Below are positions 29,064-39,242 of a stretch of DNA of 64,000 nt, one piece after another. This stretch comes from Candidatus Zixiibacteriota bacterium. Lineage in GTDB: Bacteria > Zixibacteria > MSB-5A5 > DG-27. Within the stretch, counting starts at the first letter, position 1; the number at the start of each line of letters is the position of its first letter. The notes beneath the pieces were generated by a model, which made no database searches, was not told where the DNA came from, and saw only the letters and a program-made list of their open reading frames with translations. The position numbers and the translations under genes are program-made. The stretch is from positions 29,966 to 93,965 of the forward strand of contig JAUWHO010000001.1 of the NCBI GenBank assembly GCA_030605835.1, written 5' to 3'.

Positions 29064-29633
29064 CTATCGCCGGTGCGGCCCTGGACCGAATCTCTGCCGC
29101 ATTTTGATATCATCAATCATACGGCAGATCTCCCGTTGAAACCGTTCCTCGAAAATGATTAGCTTCGCTTGCTGTTTGAGGCTCAGGACCTTCCCTGCTT
29201 CTCTCCGAAACTCCTCCTGAACAGCGACCATCCTTTCCCGATTCTTCACCAGCCCCGACATCAGCCTCCTGATTTCAGATTCATGCTCTGCCTCAGACTC
29301 TACCAGCTCTCCCAGCCGACGCATCATCTCCCCGCGCTGCTCCTCGAGCTTCTCCCTCTTTCCCTGAAAGTCGTTGAAAATCGGGAAAAACTTAGTGGAC
29401 TGTTCTGTGGATAGCCCTAGAAACTGGGTCATCTTCCAGATGCGCATATTCTCGATATCCCGGCGGAGCTGCTCTCTTCTCTCAGGAGAAGGTGGGGCCT
29501 GAGTTAGCTCCTCCGGAGCGGGCGGGTTTTGTGGTCGCTCCTGCAACCATCCCTCCTGAGCAAAGGAAGTCACGAAAAAGCAAAGCCAGATTGTGGCAAT
29601 CAGAAATGACCATCTTTTCGATTTCACTAACAT
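29064..29633 (-). CDS. Spy/CpxP-like periplasmic helical protein
   Basis: LGLSTEQSTKFFPI..VLSLKQQAKL; signal peptide. Confidence 0.7.
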   Translation of the reverse strand: MLVKSKRWSFLIATIWLCFFVTSFAQEGWLQERPQNPPAPEELTQAPPSPERREQLRRDIENMRIWKMTQFLGLSTEQSTKFFPIFNDFQGKREKLEEQRGEMMRRLGELVESEAEHESEIRRLMSGLVKNRERMVAVQEEFRREAGKVLSLKQQAKLIIFEERFQREICRMIDDIKMRQRFGPGPHRR

Positions 29634-30277
29634 TTCTTCACCTCCTCTGTTTTTGAGGGAAGGGCACTTATCGAGCTCTCTATTTCTTGGCTCAACATCT
29701 CTATCTCCTCCGTGGTTAAATCCTCCAGTAAAATCTCTAAGCTGACCTCTGTCGATAAGAGCTCTCCGGCCTGGAGGAGATGTTTAGCCTCGTTAGAGGA
29801 TAAAAGATCAGGAAAAACCTGCTCCCCCCCGGCGTTCATCTCTGAAAGGAGATACACTAACTCCTCCTCCGGCTCCAGATAGGGGTAGCCGGGTTTTTCC
29901 ACATATTCTAAGACGGAGGAGGGACTGTAGTTTGCAACGTAAGGGAATCTGTCAGAGAAGTTTGAAATGTTGAGAAGGATGAGGGCTAATACCACCACCG
30001 AAGCCAACGTCACAACGAATCGAGGCTTGGGATAACCGAAAAGCCAACCCCTCTCGGAGGCCTCAATTCTCTCCCGCAACGAAACCAGATACTGCGGGCT
30101 TCTAACCTCCTCCAGGGACGGTTCTGGTTCGGTCTCCAGGAGCTTAAACAGGCCTCTGTACTCTTCGAACACACCAGAACACCCCTCACATTTCTGCAGA
30201 TGGAGGCTGATTCCGGGCTCGATTTCCCCCTTCTCAATCGTCTCGAGCATTCTTTTCCTGACCTCTTCGCACTTCAT
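29627..30277 (-). CDS. Putative zinc-finger anti-sigma factor
   Basis: MKC..HLQKCEGC (HxxxCxxC), one TM helix, follows an ECF sigma gene. Confidence 0.8.
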   Translation of the reverse strand: MKCEEVRKRMLETIEKGEIEPGISLHLQKCEGCSGVFEEYRGLFKLLETEPEPSLEEVRSPQYLVSLRERIEASERGWLFGYPKPRFVVTLASVVVLALILLNISNFSDRFPYVANYSPSSVLEYVEKPGYPYLEPEEELVYLLSEMNAGGEQVFPDLLSSNEAKHLLQAGELLSTEVSLEILLEDLTTEEIEMLSQEIESSISALPSKTEEVKKC

Positions 30278-30283
30278 GCTAGT

Positions 30284-30877
30284 TCATTCCTCGCCTTCGA
30301 CGTAAGGTTTCAAGGATTCCCGCAACTTCTTTATCGCTTGATAATAGTTGGCCTTGATGGTTCCCTCCGATTTCCCCAGAAGCTCTGCCACCTCCCGGAT
30401 AGAGAGCTCCTCGTAGTGCCTCAAAATGAACACCGCCCGCTGTTTTTCCGGAAGTTTCATTACCGCCCGGTCGATGAGACCGGAAAGCTGGTCTCTCTCC
30501 AGATCCTCCGATGGAGAAGAACCCGAGGTGAATCGGTCGGAGAGGTCGGACAGAGATAGAAAGGACTTGAACTTCTCCCTTTTGGTGAAGTTGAGAGATA
30601 TGTTAACCGCGATCCGGTAGAGCCAGGTGTAGAAGTTGGATTCATGCCGAAAGCTCTTCAGGTTCTTGTAAGCCTTGATGAAGACCTCTTGAGATAAATC
30701 CAGGGCATCTTCTCTGTTTCTCACCATTCTCCAAACCAAAAGATAAATCCTTTCCCGGTAACGTTCCACCAACAAGTTGAAGCTCCTCTGTTCTCCGTCG
30801 AGGAACTGCTCGATTAACTGGCGGTCGTCACATTCACTTGCCGAAGGGATCGATTCTGACATCGCCCTCTGTTCCAC
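30284..30877 (-). CDS. ECF RNA polymerase sigma factor
   Basis: DLSQEVFIKAY, FYTWLYRIAVN, LPEKQRAVFILR..GTIK. Confidence 0.95.
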   Translation of the reverse strand: MEQRAMSESIPSASECDDRQLIEQFLDGEQRSFNLLVERYRERIYLLVWRMVRNREDALDLSQEVFIKAYKNLKSFRHESNFYTWLYRIAVNISLNFTKREKFKSFLSLSDLSDRFTSGSSPSEDLERDQLSGLIDRAVMKLPEKQRAVFILRHYEELSIREVAELLGKSEGTIKANYYQAIKKLRESLKPYVEGEE

Positions 30878-30882
30878 AAGGT

Positions 30883-30911
30883 TTCGACACCGTGGAGGCT
30901 AGAAAGGTTTA
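30883..30911 (-). promoter_or_regulatory. Putative autoregulatory ECF promoter
   Basis: TAAACC-N17-GTCGAA directly upstream of the sigma gene. Confidence 0.45.
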
Positions 30912-30957
30912 ATTGAAGGAGAATTTAGGAGAGGATGTTTGAAACTTGACGCTGATC

Positions 30958-31986
30958 TCAACCTCTGGGGCTCTTTATCAAGACCTTCTGGTATCCCTGA
31001 AGGTCTTCCATGACCTTTCCGGTGCCTCTGGCAACGCAGGTGAGAGGATCGTCGGCAACAATCACCGGCAGATTGGTTTCCTGTCTTAGCCTTTTGTCCA
31101 GACCTCTCAAAAGAGCTCCCCCGCCGGTGACTATAATCCCCCGGTCCAAAATGTCGGAGGAGAGCTCCGGAGGGGTGAGCTCCAAAGCCTGCCTGACCGC
31201 CTCCACGATGGCATCGACCGGCTCCGCCAGAGCCTCCCGCACCTGAACCGAGGAGAGCTTCATGGTCTTTGGCACTCCCGCGACTAAGTCTCGGCCCTTG
31301 ATCTCTATGGTTTCCTCCTCCTCCAGCGGGAAGGCCGACCCGATGGCAATCTTTATCTTCTCCGCAGTTCTCTCGCCGATCAGGAGGTTGTAATTCTTCT
31401 TCAAGTAAGAGACGATGGCTTCATCCATCTCGTCGCCGCCGATACGGATGGAGATGTTGTTCACTATCCCGTAAAGGGCGATGACCGCTATCTCTGAGGT
31501 GCCACCCCCGACGTCGATCACCATGCTCCCGGAGGGCCCCTCCACCGGCAGGCCAACCCCGATGGCGGCGGCCATCGGTTCCTGAATTAAGAACACCTCC
31601 CTGGCGCCGGCATTTTCAGCCGAATCCCTGACCGCCCTTTTTTCCACCTCCGTAATACCGGAGGGGACCGAGATGATTATCCGGGGCTTCATCAAGTATC
31701 TTTTTTTCACCACCCGGCGGATGAAATCGGACAGCAGTTTTTCGGTGATCTCGAAATCGGCGATGACTCCATCTTTGAGGGGCCTGATAGCATTTATCTC
31801 CCCCGGGGTACGACCCAGCATCTCTTTAGCAGCTCTGCCGATGGCCAAAACCTTGCCGGTTGCCACCTCCACCGCCACCACCGAGGGTTCGTCGAGAACG
31901 ATGCCGGCACCGCGCACGAAAACCAAGGTGTTCGCGGTCCCCAGGTCGATGCCAACGTCGCTAGAGAAGAAATTGAACAGTGACAT
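30958..31986 (-). CDS. mreB: Rod shape-determining protein MreB
   Basis: [37 protein letters not shown]. Confidence 0.97.
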   Translation of the reverse strand: MSLFNFFSSDVGIDLGTANTLVFVRGAGIVLDEPSVVAVEVATGKVLAIGRAAKEMLGRTPGEINAIRPLKDGVIADFEITEKLLSDFIRRVVKKRYLMKPRIIISVPSGITEVEKRAVRDSAENAGAREVFLIQEPMAAAIGVGLPVEGPSGSMVIDVGGGTSEIAVIALYGIVNNISIRIGGDEMDEAIVSYLKKNYNLLIGERTAEKIKIAIGSAFPLEEEETIEIKGRDLVAGVPKTMKLSSVQVREALAEPVDAIVEAVRQALELTPPELSSDILDRGIIVTGGGALLRGLDKRLRQETNLPVIVADDPLTCVARGTGKVMEDLQGYQKVLIKSPRG

Positions 31987-32003
31987 AGTCTATTTGACCA
32001 GAG

Positions 32004-32948
32004 CTATTCTCCCAAGTATATGAATCTGTCCAGGAGGTTTACCCAGTCGCTCCATCTTTTGTCCGGCGCTGATTCGGACTCGATAATGCGGGTTACCCCG
32101 CTGACCTTGGAATCGAGCTCATCGACATAATAAAGGATAAAGGCCTCCAGGGTCTGCGGCACCACCGGGGAGCCGTTCTCCTTGCTCCCATGATGAGACA
32201 GAATCAGATGCTTCAACCGGGCTGCCAGATTCTCCGGGAAATCCTTCAACTTCTTGATTTTGTCCTGAACCATCTGGCACCCGATGGCAATGTGTCCTTC
32301 CAACCTGCCGACGTCGGAGTAGTCGAAAAAGAGAGTCCCGGTCAACTCTTCAGTCTTTCCGATGTCGTGCAAAAGGGCGCCGGTAACGAGCAGGTCGCGG
32401 TCGAGCAGTCTGTAGTGAGGCGCCACCTTTTCGCAGATTTCGGTCACCGTCAGGGTATGTTCCAAAAGCCCTCCGGTGTAAGTGTGGTGCCACAGCTTGC
32501 CTGCGGGAGCGAGCTTGAACTTGCTCAGGAAATCCTCGTCCGAGAAAACTGAATCTAGAAGAGCTTTCAGCTGGGGATTCTGCACCGCGGCAATCTTTTC
32601 TCTCAGGGAGGAGAAGAGAGCTTCAACGTTCAGCTCCCTGGAGGGAAGAAAATCCTTGGGATCGAATTCCTCAGAGAGTGCCTCTCGAACCCGCTCGAGA
32701 GTTATCTGGCGGCTGTCCTTATAAGTGCCCACTCTTCCCTTGACCTTAACCACCTCTCCCAACGGGAGACTCTCGTAGGCGTCTCTGGCCTGGTTCCACA
32801 CCACCGCCTCAATCCTGCCGGTGCGGTCGGAAAGCTCCAGCTTGAGAAAGAGGTTGCCGTTATACTCCTTTAGCTCCTTCTTCCTCAGAGCAAAAAAGTC
32901 TACGACCTCGTCGCCAACTTTGAGCTCCTTGATCCAGGAGTTTTTCAT
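32004..32948 (-). CDS. yhaM: 3'-5' exoribonuclease YhaM/Cbf1 family (OB + HD)
   Basis: OB fold, HH..GGLLEH, LLHDIGK, ILSHHG. Confidence 0.88.
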   Translation of the reverse strand: MKNSWIKELKVGDEVVDFFALRKKELKEYNGNLFLKLELSDRTGRIEAVVWNQARDAYESLPLGEVVKVKGRVGTYKDSRQITLERVREALSEEFDPKDFLPSRELNVEALFSSLREKIAAVQNPQLKALLDSVFSDEDFLSKFKLAPAGKLWHHTYTGGLLEHTLTVTEICEKVAPHYRLLDRDLLVTGALLHDIGKTEELTGTLFFDYSDVGRLEGHIAIGCQMVQDKIKKLKDFPENLAARLKHLILSHHGSKENGSPVVPQTLEAFILYYVDELDSKVSGVTRIIESESAPDKRWSDWVNLLDRFIYLGE

Positions 32949-33102
32949 TTTGGCTAATTATCGAAAAAACTGCTTATAAGTCAAGGGGAAAATAGTCTGT
33001 TGCAGGATTGTCACCTTAGTCGCTCGCTACCTGAGAGTTCAGTCAGAGCGAATTGGTATCTGAACTGCAAACCATGTATTGTGAATCGCTGTTGTCCCTC
33101 TC

Positions 33103-33876
33103 TCACAGCTTTTCCAGGAGGAGCTGGGCAACCTTCTTGCCGCTCATCAGCATACCACCAAATATCGGTCCCATCCGGGGCGCCCCGAAGATGGCGTTAC
33201 AGGCCATCCCGGCGGCAAACACTCCCGGAAATATCTCCTTGGTATTCTCTAAAATCATGCGCTCTCCGACCTCCGCACACATCGGCCCCTCTCCCATGAG
33301 TTTGCCCGTCGGGGTCTTAAGTTCATAGCCACCCTTGTTCTGTATGATGTTGGCAATTTCAGCCGCATGCCCGGTAGCATCGACGATATATTTCGCTCTT
33401 ATGGTAATGGGATCAACATGTAACTGGGCCAAGTCCACCGCGCTCCAATTAATAACCAGGCCGTCGACTCGACCATCCGCTATTCTGACATCCTCAACGC
33501 TGAACAGATTGAAGATCCTCGCTCCTGCTTTCGATGCAACCGAACAGATACTGGACACTGCTTCGACCGAATCTGCGCAGAAATAGCCTTCCTCAAAGGG
33601 AGTAGTCTTGACTCCCAGTTCTTCGAGAATCTCTCTACCTCCGCTTTGAACAACGATCTCATTGAACATAATTCCCCCACCCCACATTCCACCGCCAAGG
33701 GAGAGCTTCCTCTCGAAAAGAACCGTCTTCTTTTTTTGCCCGGCTAAGTAGTAAGCCGCCGTCAATCCCGCCGGTCCCCCGCCCACTATGGCAACGTCGC
33801 AGCTCAAACTGTCGAGCAGTTTGGATGAGAATCTCTCAATGATCGCTCGGGAGATCTTGATGTCATCTAATTTCAC
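33103..33876 (-). CDS. thi4: Sulfide-dependent thiazole synthase (Thi4, non-Cys type)
   Basis: GGGPAGL, GGGMWGGG, LHVDP, DATGH, PRMGPIFGGM. Confidence 0.93.
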   Translation of the reverse strand: MKLDDIKISRAIIERFSSKLLDSLSCDVAIVGGGPAGLTAAYYLAGQKKKTVLFERKLSLGGGMWGGGIMFNEIVVQSGGREILEELGVKTTPFEEGYFCADSVEAVSSICSVASKAGARIFNLFSVEDVRIADGRVDGLVINWSAVDLAQLHVDPITIRAKYIVDATGHAAEIANIIQNKGGYELKTPTGKLMGEGPMCAEVGERMILENTKEIFPGVFAAGMACNAIFGAPRMGPIFGGMLMSGKKVAQLLLEKL

Positions 33877-34119
33877 TTACTCTTCCCTCCTCGTGAAGTT
33901 CTTCTTCGAACCCCCACCTCCAACACCGCCCCAAAATAATCTGCCCTGCTTGGCAGGTCAATCTCTTTGAAGTTGGATTTGTCCCCGGGTGACAGATCTC
34001 CTCGGTGCACTTTCTGTCGAGAGGCTTAATGAGAGCTGGAGGAGAGATCATTACGCCTTGATGGTGAGAGGGATTCGCCCTTGTATTGGAGCCCAAATCC
34101 CGCGCCCGGAGTGACTTTC

Positions 34120-35217
34120 TCAGCTCAAAGGCCCGGTAAGTGCCTTCCCGCTCTCCTTCTCGAAGAGATGAATTTTCGACCAGGGGAAGGAGAATATCAC
34201 CTTCTGGGCAATCGTCAATTCCCCGTAGTCCTTCCCCCTGGCGGTGAGCTGATGCTCACCACAATTGACGCGGACGACAGTTTCGTTGCCCAACTCCTCC
34301 ACCAAATCAATCTCTCCTTCGAGACTTATGGCCTCAGCAGCGGAACCAGAGAGCAAAATATCCTCTGGCCTTATCCCCAAAAGCAGTTCCCGGTCGGTGT
34401 AGTTTCTAAACACTCTGGAGATGTTTCCGGGAGGAGAGAATTGCGAAGAGGCCACTCTCAATTCCCCGGAGCCCTCGACTCTCGCGGTGAGGAAATTCAT
34501 ACCGGGATTGCCGATGAACTCCCCCACAAAGGCCTCCGCCGGGTGGCGGTAGAGTTCCAAAGGAGTTCCCATCTGTCTCAGTCTCCCCTCTTTTAAGATC
34601 GCGACCTTATCGCCTAAGGTCATGGCCTCCTGCTGGTCGTGGGTGACGTAAAGGGTAGTGGCCCTGAGTCTTCGATGCAGCTTAGAGATTTCCGCCCGCA
34701 TCTGCTGTCTCAGTTTGGCATCCAGATTCGATAGGGGTTCATCAAAGAGAAAGAGCTTCGGATCTCTGACCACCGCCCGCCCCAGGGCCACCCTCTGCCT
34801 TTGACCCCCGGAGAGGCTCCTGGGCTTCCGGGGCAATAAGTCTTTCAAACCAAGTATCTCCGCGGCCCCGTGGACCTGTTTCTGAATCTCCGCCTTGGGA
34901 AGCTTTCTCATCTTCAAAGGGAAAGACAGGTTGTCGAAGACGGTCATATGGGGATAAAGGGCATACTCCTGAAAAACCATGGCGACATCTCGATCCTTGG
35001 GAGAAAGGTCGTTTATTCTTTTGCCTTCCAGAATAATCTCACCGGAGTCGGGCCTCTCCAATCCAGCGATGATCCTGAGGATGGTTGACTTTCCGCAGCC
35101 CGAAGGACCCAGAAGGACCACAAACTCCCCCTCCTTAACCGATAGGTTGAAATCGTCGACGGCGACGATACTTCCGTCAAAGATTTTTGTCAGATTCTTT
35201 ACAGATAGTTTTTCCAT
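34120..35217 (-). CDS. Sugar ABC transporter ATP-binding protein (MalK/UgpC family)
   Basis: GPSGCGKST, LSGGQRQR, FDEPLSNLDA, TOBE-like tail. Confidence 0.93.
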   Translation of the reverse strand: MEKLSVKNLTKIFDGSIVAVDDFNLSVKEGEFVVLLGPSGCGKSTILRIIAGLERPDSGEIILEGKRINDLSPKDRDVAMVFQEYALYPHMTVFDNLSFPLKMRKLPKAEIQKQVHGAAEILGLKDLLPRKPRSLSGGQRQRVALGRAVVRDPKLFLFDEPLSNLDAKLRQQMRAEISKLHRRLRATTLYVTHDQQEAMTLGDKVAILKEGRLRQMGTPLELYRHPAEAFVGEFIGNPGMNFLTARVEGSGELRVASSQFSPPGNISRVFRNYTDRELLLGIRPEDILLSGSAAEAISLEGEIDLVEELGNETVVRVNCGEHQLTARGKDYGELTIAQKVIFSFPWSKIHLFEKESGKALTGPLS

Positions 35218-35274
35218 TCCTTTGCGAAATCACCTTCTGCCCCAGTGGTGGAGGCCACCGGGCTACCCACCTGT

Positions 35275-35340
35275 ATGGTGAATTGCGAATAGTGAATGGC
35301 TAATAGTCCGCCCTACCCCTATTTCTTATCTCCTATTCCC
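35275..35340 (-). repeat. Gene-less heptamer repeat element (purine arm + pyrimidine arm)
   Basis: Minus strand: GAATAGG AGATAAG AAATAGG GGTAGGG - CGGA - CTATTAG CCATTCA CTATTCG CAATTCA CCAT. Confidence 0.75.
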
Positions 35341-35390
35341 AATTTCATGTCAAAATCAAATAACCACGAGGTATCGTCGTAGCAAAGTCA

Positions 35391-37388
35391 TCATTCTGAA
35401 TACTCTCCGTCCAGGCCTACTCCTTTTTCGGCCTCCAGGGGTGAATCCGGCTTCAAGCCCGGTTGGGTCCAGATGCTATTGTTCTTGGCGAAAGGTTTGG
35501 CGTAGGTGTCATTGCCCCCGGTGTCTAAAAAAAGCCCCAGGCAGAGAAGATGGTCGCGGAGATAACCTCGGGTGCCGATGTTCGCCCGACCGAGAGTGAT
35601 CTCGCCGGAGGGATTGTAGGTGTCATCACCCCTCTTGTCCCAGAAGATGCCGATGCCGTTGGCGTTGCCCCCACCCAAACTCAGATTGGGACAGTCATAA
35701 ATGTCATCCCCATCCTCTTCTAAAAGGAATCCCAGGGTGAAATCGTGTCCGGCACCCTGAGCCATATTCATGGTGGCGATATAGTGGTCATTCCCCTTGA
35801 CATCGTTTAAGATCCCCAGGCCAAAATGAGCCCCGGAACCCTGCACATACCAGATCCCCTGATAGAGGTCGTCACCTTCCTCGTCAGCCAGAAGCCCGAT
35901 GGCATACCAGTAGGCACAACCCTGAGCAAACAGCCCCGCAGAGTAGTTATCGTTCCCGGCATTATCTAACAGAATCCCTATGCCTCCACCCAGTGAGTGT
36001 CCATCCGAGATGTCGGCTCTCCTGCCGAAACCCACCCCCTGAGAGAGACTGCTGTTGTGTTCCTTGGTTTGAGAGGCGGGGAAATCGATCTTTTTATCCT
36101 CGGCAATGTAGTTGTCGTCACCGTCCAATTCGACCAGCAGACCCAGCCCCTTGGTGAAACCGTAACCCTGGGAGGTGGTAAAGGTGTAATAGCTGTCATC
36201 TCCCGAGAGGTCCGAGAGGACCCCGATTCCGAACGCACCGGAGCCCTGGGAGGAGGTGTAAGCGGCGTAGTTGTCGTTGCCGCTCTTATCCAGGAGCATC
36301 CCCACCCCAAAAAGCCCGCTCCCTTGAGCAAGATTGACCCCGCTGTAATCGTCGTCTCCCTCTAGGTCGACCAAATAAGCGTAACCGAAAACGCCTCCCC
36401 CGAAGGAGGGCTTCTCTTCTGAGAAGGAGACATATTTGTCCGCCCCGGCCAGATCGATCAACACCGAATAGGGATGCGAGAAGGAAAGCGTCGCCGCCCC
36501 TCCGAGGTAGGTGTCATCTCCTCCGGTGTCTATTATCAGAAAGTAGTTTTTGTCCCCGACGTAGTGATTTTTTTGCCCTCCGTTCAAGGAAATGACACCT
36601 AAGGGAGTGTCGAACTCGAAAGAGAAACTCACCTTTTCTGTGAAAGTGCTTAAGGAATCGGAGGCGGCATCCACCGCCAGCGCTAAATCTTGCGCCCCGG
36701 AGTAGAGGTAACGGTAGTCAACAGACTCAATCAGCCTGTAGATTCCCGGGGAGAAAAAATCCTCATCGCTGGAGAGCATCTTGGTGATCTCTTGATACAT
36801 ATCCTCCATATCAAAGAGCCCCATGGCCTCGTAAAAGGCCAAATCCCTCCAGGCCAAGCTGTCACCGACGGCACGGACCAACATCGCCGCCTGAAGAGAG
36901 ACGGTAGCGGGCACCTTCTCGACTCTGGATTTTAATCTCGATTTCTCCTCCCCGCTCATCTCCGTATCAGCGCTTTCGTAAAGGTAGACTATGGCGTCAA
37001 AGAGGGGATTCTCTGTCCTGCACCTCCTGTAGAATTCCGGAACGGGGTTGTTGAAATCGTAAACTCCGCGGCGCACTCCGCAGGCGAGTCTGAGGTTAGA
37101 GAAGACTATCAGATGATGTAAAGAGCCCGGCTTCCGTTTGATGACTTTTCTTAGGTAATCGAGGTAGTTCGGGATTTTGAAAGGTTCGGAGTGGAGGGTA
37201 TAAAAAAGAGGCAGGCTGAACTCACCCCCTCCGAAGTTCGACATATCTTTGTAATCGAACCTCATGCTCTCCTTGGTCAATCCCACCTCCTTCAAGGCAA
37301 GCTCAAATGGATCCTGGGCAAAGCTGAGACAACGAAAGATGAACAGGCAGGCTACCATAAGAAAGATGGCATTCTTGCACATTTTCAT
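35391..37388 (-). CDS. Exported hypothetical protein with repeated LxDxxGxDxY motifs
   Basis: Signal peptide; about 12 G.G.L.D..G.D.Y units in the C-terminal half. Confidence 0.8.
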   Translation of the reverse strand: MKMCKNAIFLMVACLFIFRCLSFAQDPFELALKEVGLTKESMRFDYKDMSNFGGGEFSLPLFYTLHSEPFKIPNYLDYLRKVIKRKPGSLHHLIVFSNLRLACGVRRGVYDFNNPVPEFYRRCRTENPLFDAIVYLYESADTEMSGEEKSRLKSRVEKVPATVSLQAAMLVRAVGDSLAWRDLAFYEAMGLFDMEDMYQEITKMLSSDEDFFSPGIYRLIESVDYRYLYSGAQDLALAVDAASDSLSTFTEKVSFSFEFDTPLGVISLNGGQKNHYVGDKNYFLIIDTGGDDTYLGGAATLSFSHPYSVLIDLAGADKYVSFSEEKPSFGGGVFGYAYLVDLEGDDDYSGVNLAQGSGLFGVGMLLDKSGNDNYAAYTSSQGSGAFGIGVLSDLSGDDSYYTFTTSQGYGFTKGLGLLVELDGDDNYIAEDKKIDFPASQTKEHNSSLSQGVGFGRRADISDGHSLGGGIGILLDNAGNDNYSAGLFAQGCAYWYAIGLLADEEGDDLYQGIWYVQGSGAHFGLGILNDVKGNDHYIATMNMAQGAGHDFTLGFLLEEDGDDIYDCPNLSLGGGNANGIGIFWDKRGDDTYNPSGEITLGRANIGTRGYLRDHLLCLGLFLDTGGNDTYAKPFAKNNSIWTQPGLKPDSPLEAEKGVGLDGEYSE

Positions 37389-37638
37389 ACTCCTTCTTCG
37401 AATGAGAGGCATTCGACCCTGAACATAAAAACCGCTTCCACCAGTGTCAACAGCAAAACTCATTAGCCCCCTTGATCCTCACATCAACAAGGTATTGGAA
37501 TCCTCCCATAATCACCTCGGTCCTTTTGCCTGCCGCTCCCCGGCAATTCTGCCTCCGGCATTTTAGAGTAAGGTTAAGTTCGCTGTCGGCAATCAGTTAG
37601 AAGGCTCCCACCCTCTTGCCCACCGGAATCTGAAATGA

Positions 37639-37654
37639 TGGCACAGGAGTTGCA
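37639..37654 (+). promoter_or_regulatory. Sigma54 (-24/-12) promoter
   Basis: TGGCAC-AGGAG-TTGCA matches the TGGCAC-N5-TTGCW consensus. Confidence 0.75.
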
Positions 37655-37682
37655 AAAACTTCCTCAAACGGAGGTTCCAAAC

Positions 37683-37961
37683 ATGACCAGATTTGATTTG
37701 CGAACCGAACTCTTACGCACCTCCGGCTTGAGCGGCAATCCGAATTGTCCCTTCTGTGGCTCTCGGATGGGGAAGTTTGGAGGTAAAGTCCACTGTCCGC
37801 GGTGCTTCAGCGAGGTGAGAAGTAGCACCTACAATCTGTCGAACTCACCGATGGAAAGGCAACTTGTATCCTCGAATCGACTCCCCTCTTACGACACCAA
37901 TCGGCAGAGCTTCCTGAGCTTCTTGAAAACCCTTCGGGCTTTCTCACCGCAGTTGGATTGA
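37683..37961 (+). CDS. Small zinc-ribbon protein
   Basis: GGAGG SD then ATG 37683; CPFC..CPRC. Confidence 0.6.
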   Translation: MTRFDLRTELLRTSGLSGNPNCPFCGSRMGKFGGKVHCPRCFSEVRSSTYNLSNSPMERQLVSSNRLPSYDTNRQSFLSFLKTLRAFSPQLD

Positions 37962-38045
37962 CAACTAAAGGTTGCCCCTCTATCTTTGCTGTGAGTTCGA
38001 ACCGTCTTCCAATCGTCTGGCTGAAATGCCGCCTCGTGCCGATAG

Positions 38046-39242
38046 ATGCGAGCGGAGAGCCTGATTGTGAGAGGGCTCGGGCTTTGCTCGAAGAGATTGG
38101 AGACCTTGGTGCCGGATGAAATTGACCCCCGCTCCCCCTTTTTCGTGGGCCGAAGACAGGGGCCTTACTTAGAGATAAGTGGGAAGAGGCTGGTGATCTT
38201 CTGCTCCAACGACTATTTGGGGCTTTCCTACCATCCCGGGGTTAGAGGAGCAGTTCTCGAAGCCCTGGAGGCGTTTGGGGCCGGTTCCGGAGGCGCCCCC
38301 TCCACCTCCGGCTTTACCCGTCTGCATCACGAATTATCAGAAGCCATAGCAGAATTCAAGCATCGGGAGTCCGCTCTCATTTTCTCCTCCGGCTATCTCG
38401 CCAACCTGGGAGCCCTGTTTGCTCTCGGTGACCGTGACACTCTCTTTTTCTGCGACCGCCTCAATCACCCCAGCCTCCTCGATGGAGTGAGGTTATCGAA
38501 GGGCGATCACAAGATATACGAACATCTCGACTTAGACCACCTGGAATCCCTCTTGAGGGACCTCAAAGGTTACAAGACCCGCATCATTGTTACCGACTCG
38601 GTTTTCAGCATCGACGGGGATGTTGCCCCCCTGCCAGAAATTGTCGAGCTCGCCAAAAAGTACAAAGCCTTGACCTTCTTCGACGAGGCTCATGCCACCG
38701 GCACTGTTGGAGAAAAAGGCGGAGGCATCGAGGATCTCTTCGACGTCCGCGGGAGCGTTGATCTCCTCTCCGGCACCTTCAGCAAAGCCTTAGGATCACA
38801 GGGCGGATTTGTGGCCGCCTCCTCCAGGACCATCGCTCACCTTAAAGGAAAATGCCGTCACTATCAGTATTCCACCTCCCTTTCACCCCTCTGTTGCGCC
38901 GCCGCTCTGGAATCGTTGAGAATCCTGAGTGCCCAGCCAGAATTGGTGACTACGATGCGCTCCAATTTCGACTTCATCAGAGAGAATCTGAGGCGATTGG
39001 GGCTCTCCCTCCCGGAGAGACCGGCTCCGATTCTGCCGGTGCTGTTTGGCGATGCCGGCAAAACCAGAAAGGCGGCAAAGGAGCTCTACCTTCGTGGGAT
39101 TTTCATCGCCCCCCTCACTCCCCCCAGCGTCCCCGAGGCAGGAAGCCGATTGCGGATTACCACCATGGCAACGCATACCGAAGCGGATCTGAAAATCTTG
39201 GTTGGTGCTTTCGATGAGGCCTTAAAGGAGCTAAAGGACTGA
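38046..39242 (+). CDS. Alpha-oxoamine synthase (BioF/Kbl family, PLP)
   Basis: SNDYLGL, FSSGYLAN, DEAHATG, GTFSKALG. Confidence 0.88.
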   Translation: MRAESLIVRGLGLCSKRLETLVPDEIDPRSPFFVGRRQGPYLEISGKRLVIFCSNDYLGLSYHPGVRGAVLEALEAFGAGSGGAPSTSGFTRLHHELSEAIAEFKHRESALIFSSGYLANLGALFALGDRDTLFFCDRLNHPSLLDGVRLSKGDHKIYEHLDLDHLESLLRDLKGYKTRIIVTDSVFSIDGDVAPLPEIVELAKKYKALTFFDEAHATGTVGEKGGGIEDLFDVRGSVDLLSGTFSKALGSQGGFVAASSRTIAHLKGKCRHYQYSTSLSPLCCAAALESLRILSAQPELVTTMRSNFDFIRENLRRLGLSLPERPAPILPVLFGDAGKTRKAAKELYLRGIFIAPLTPPSVPEAGSRLRITTMATHTEADLKILVGAFDEALKELKD

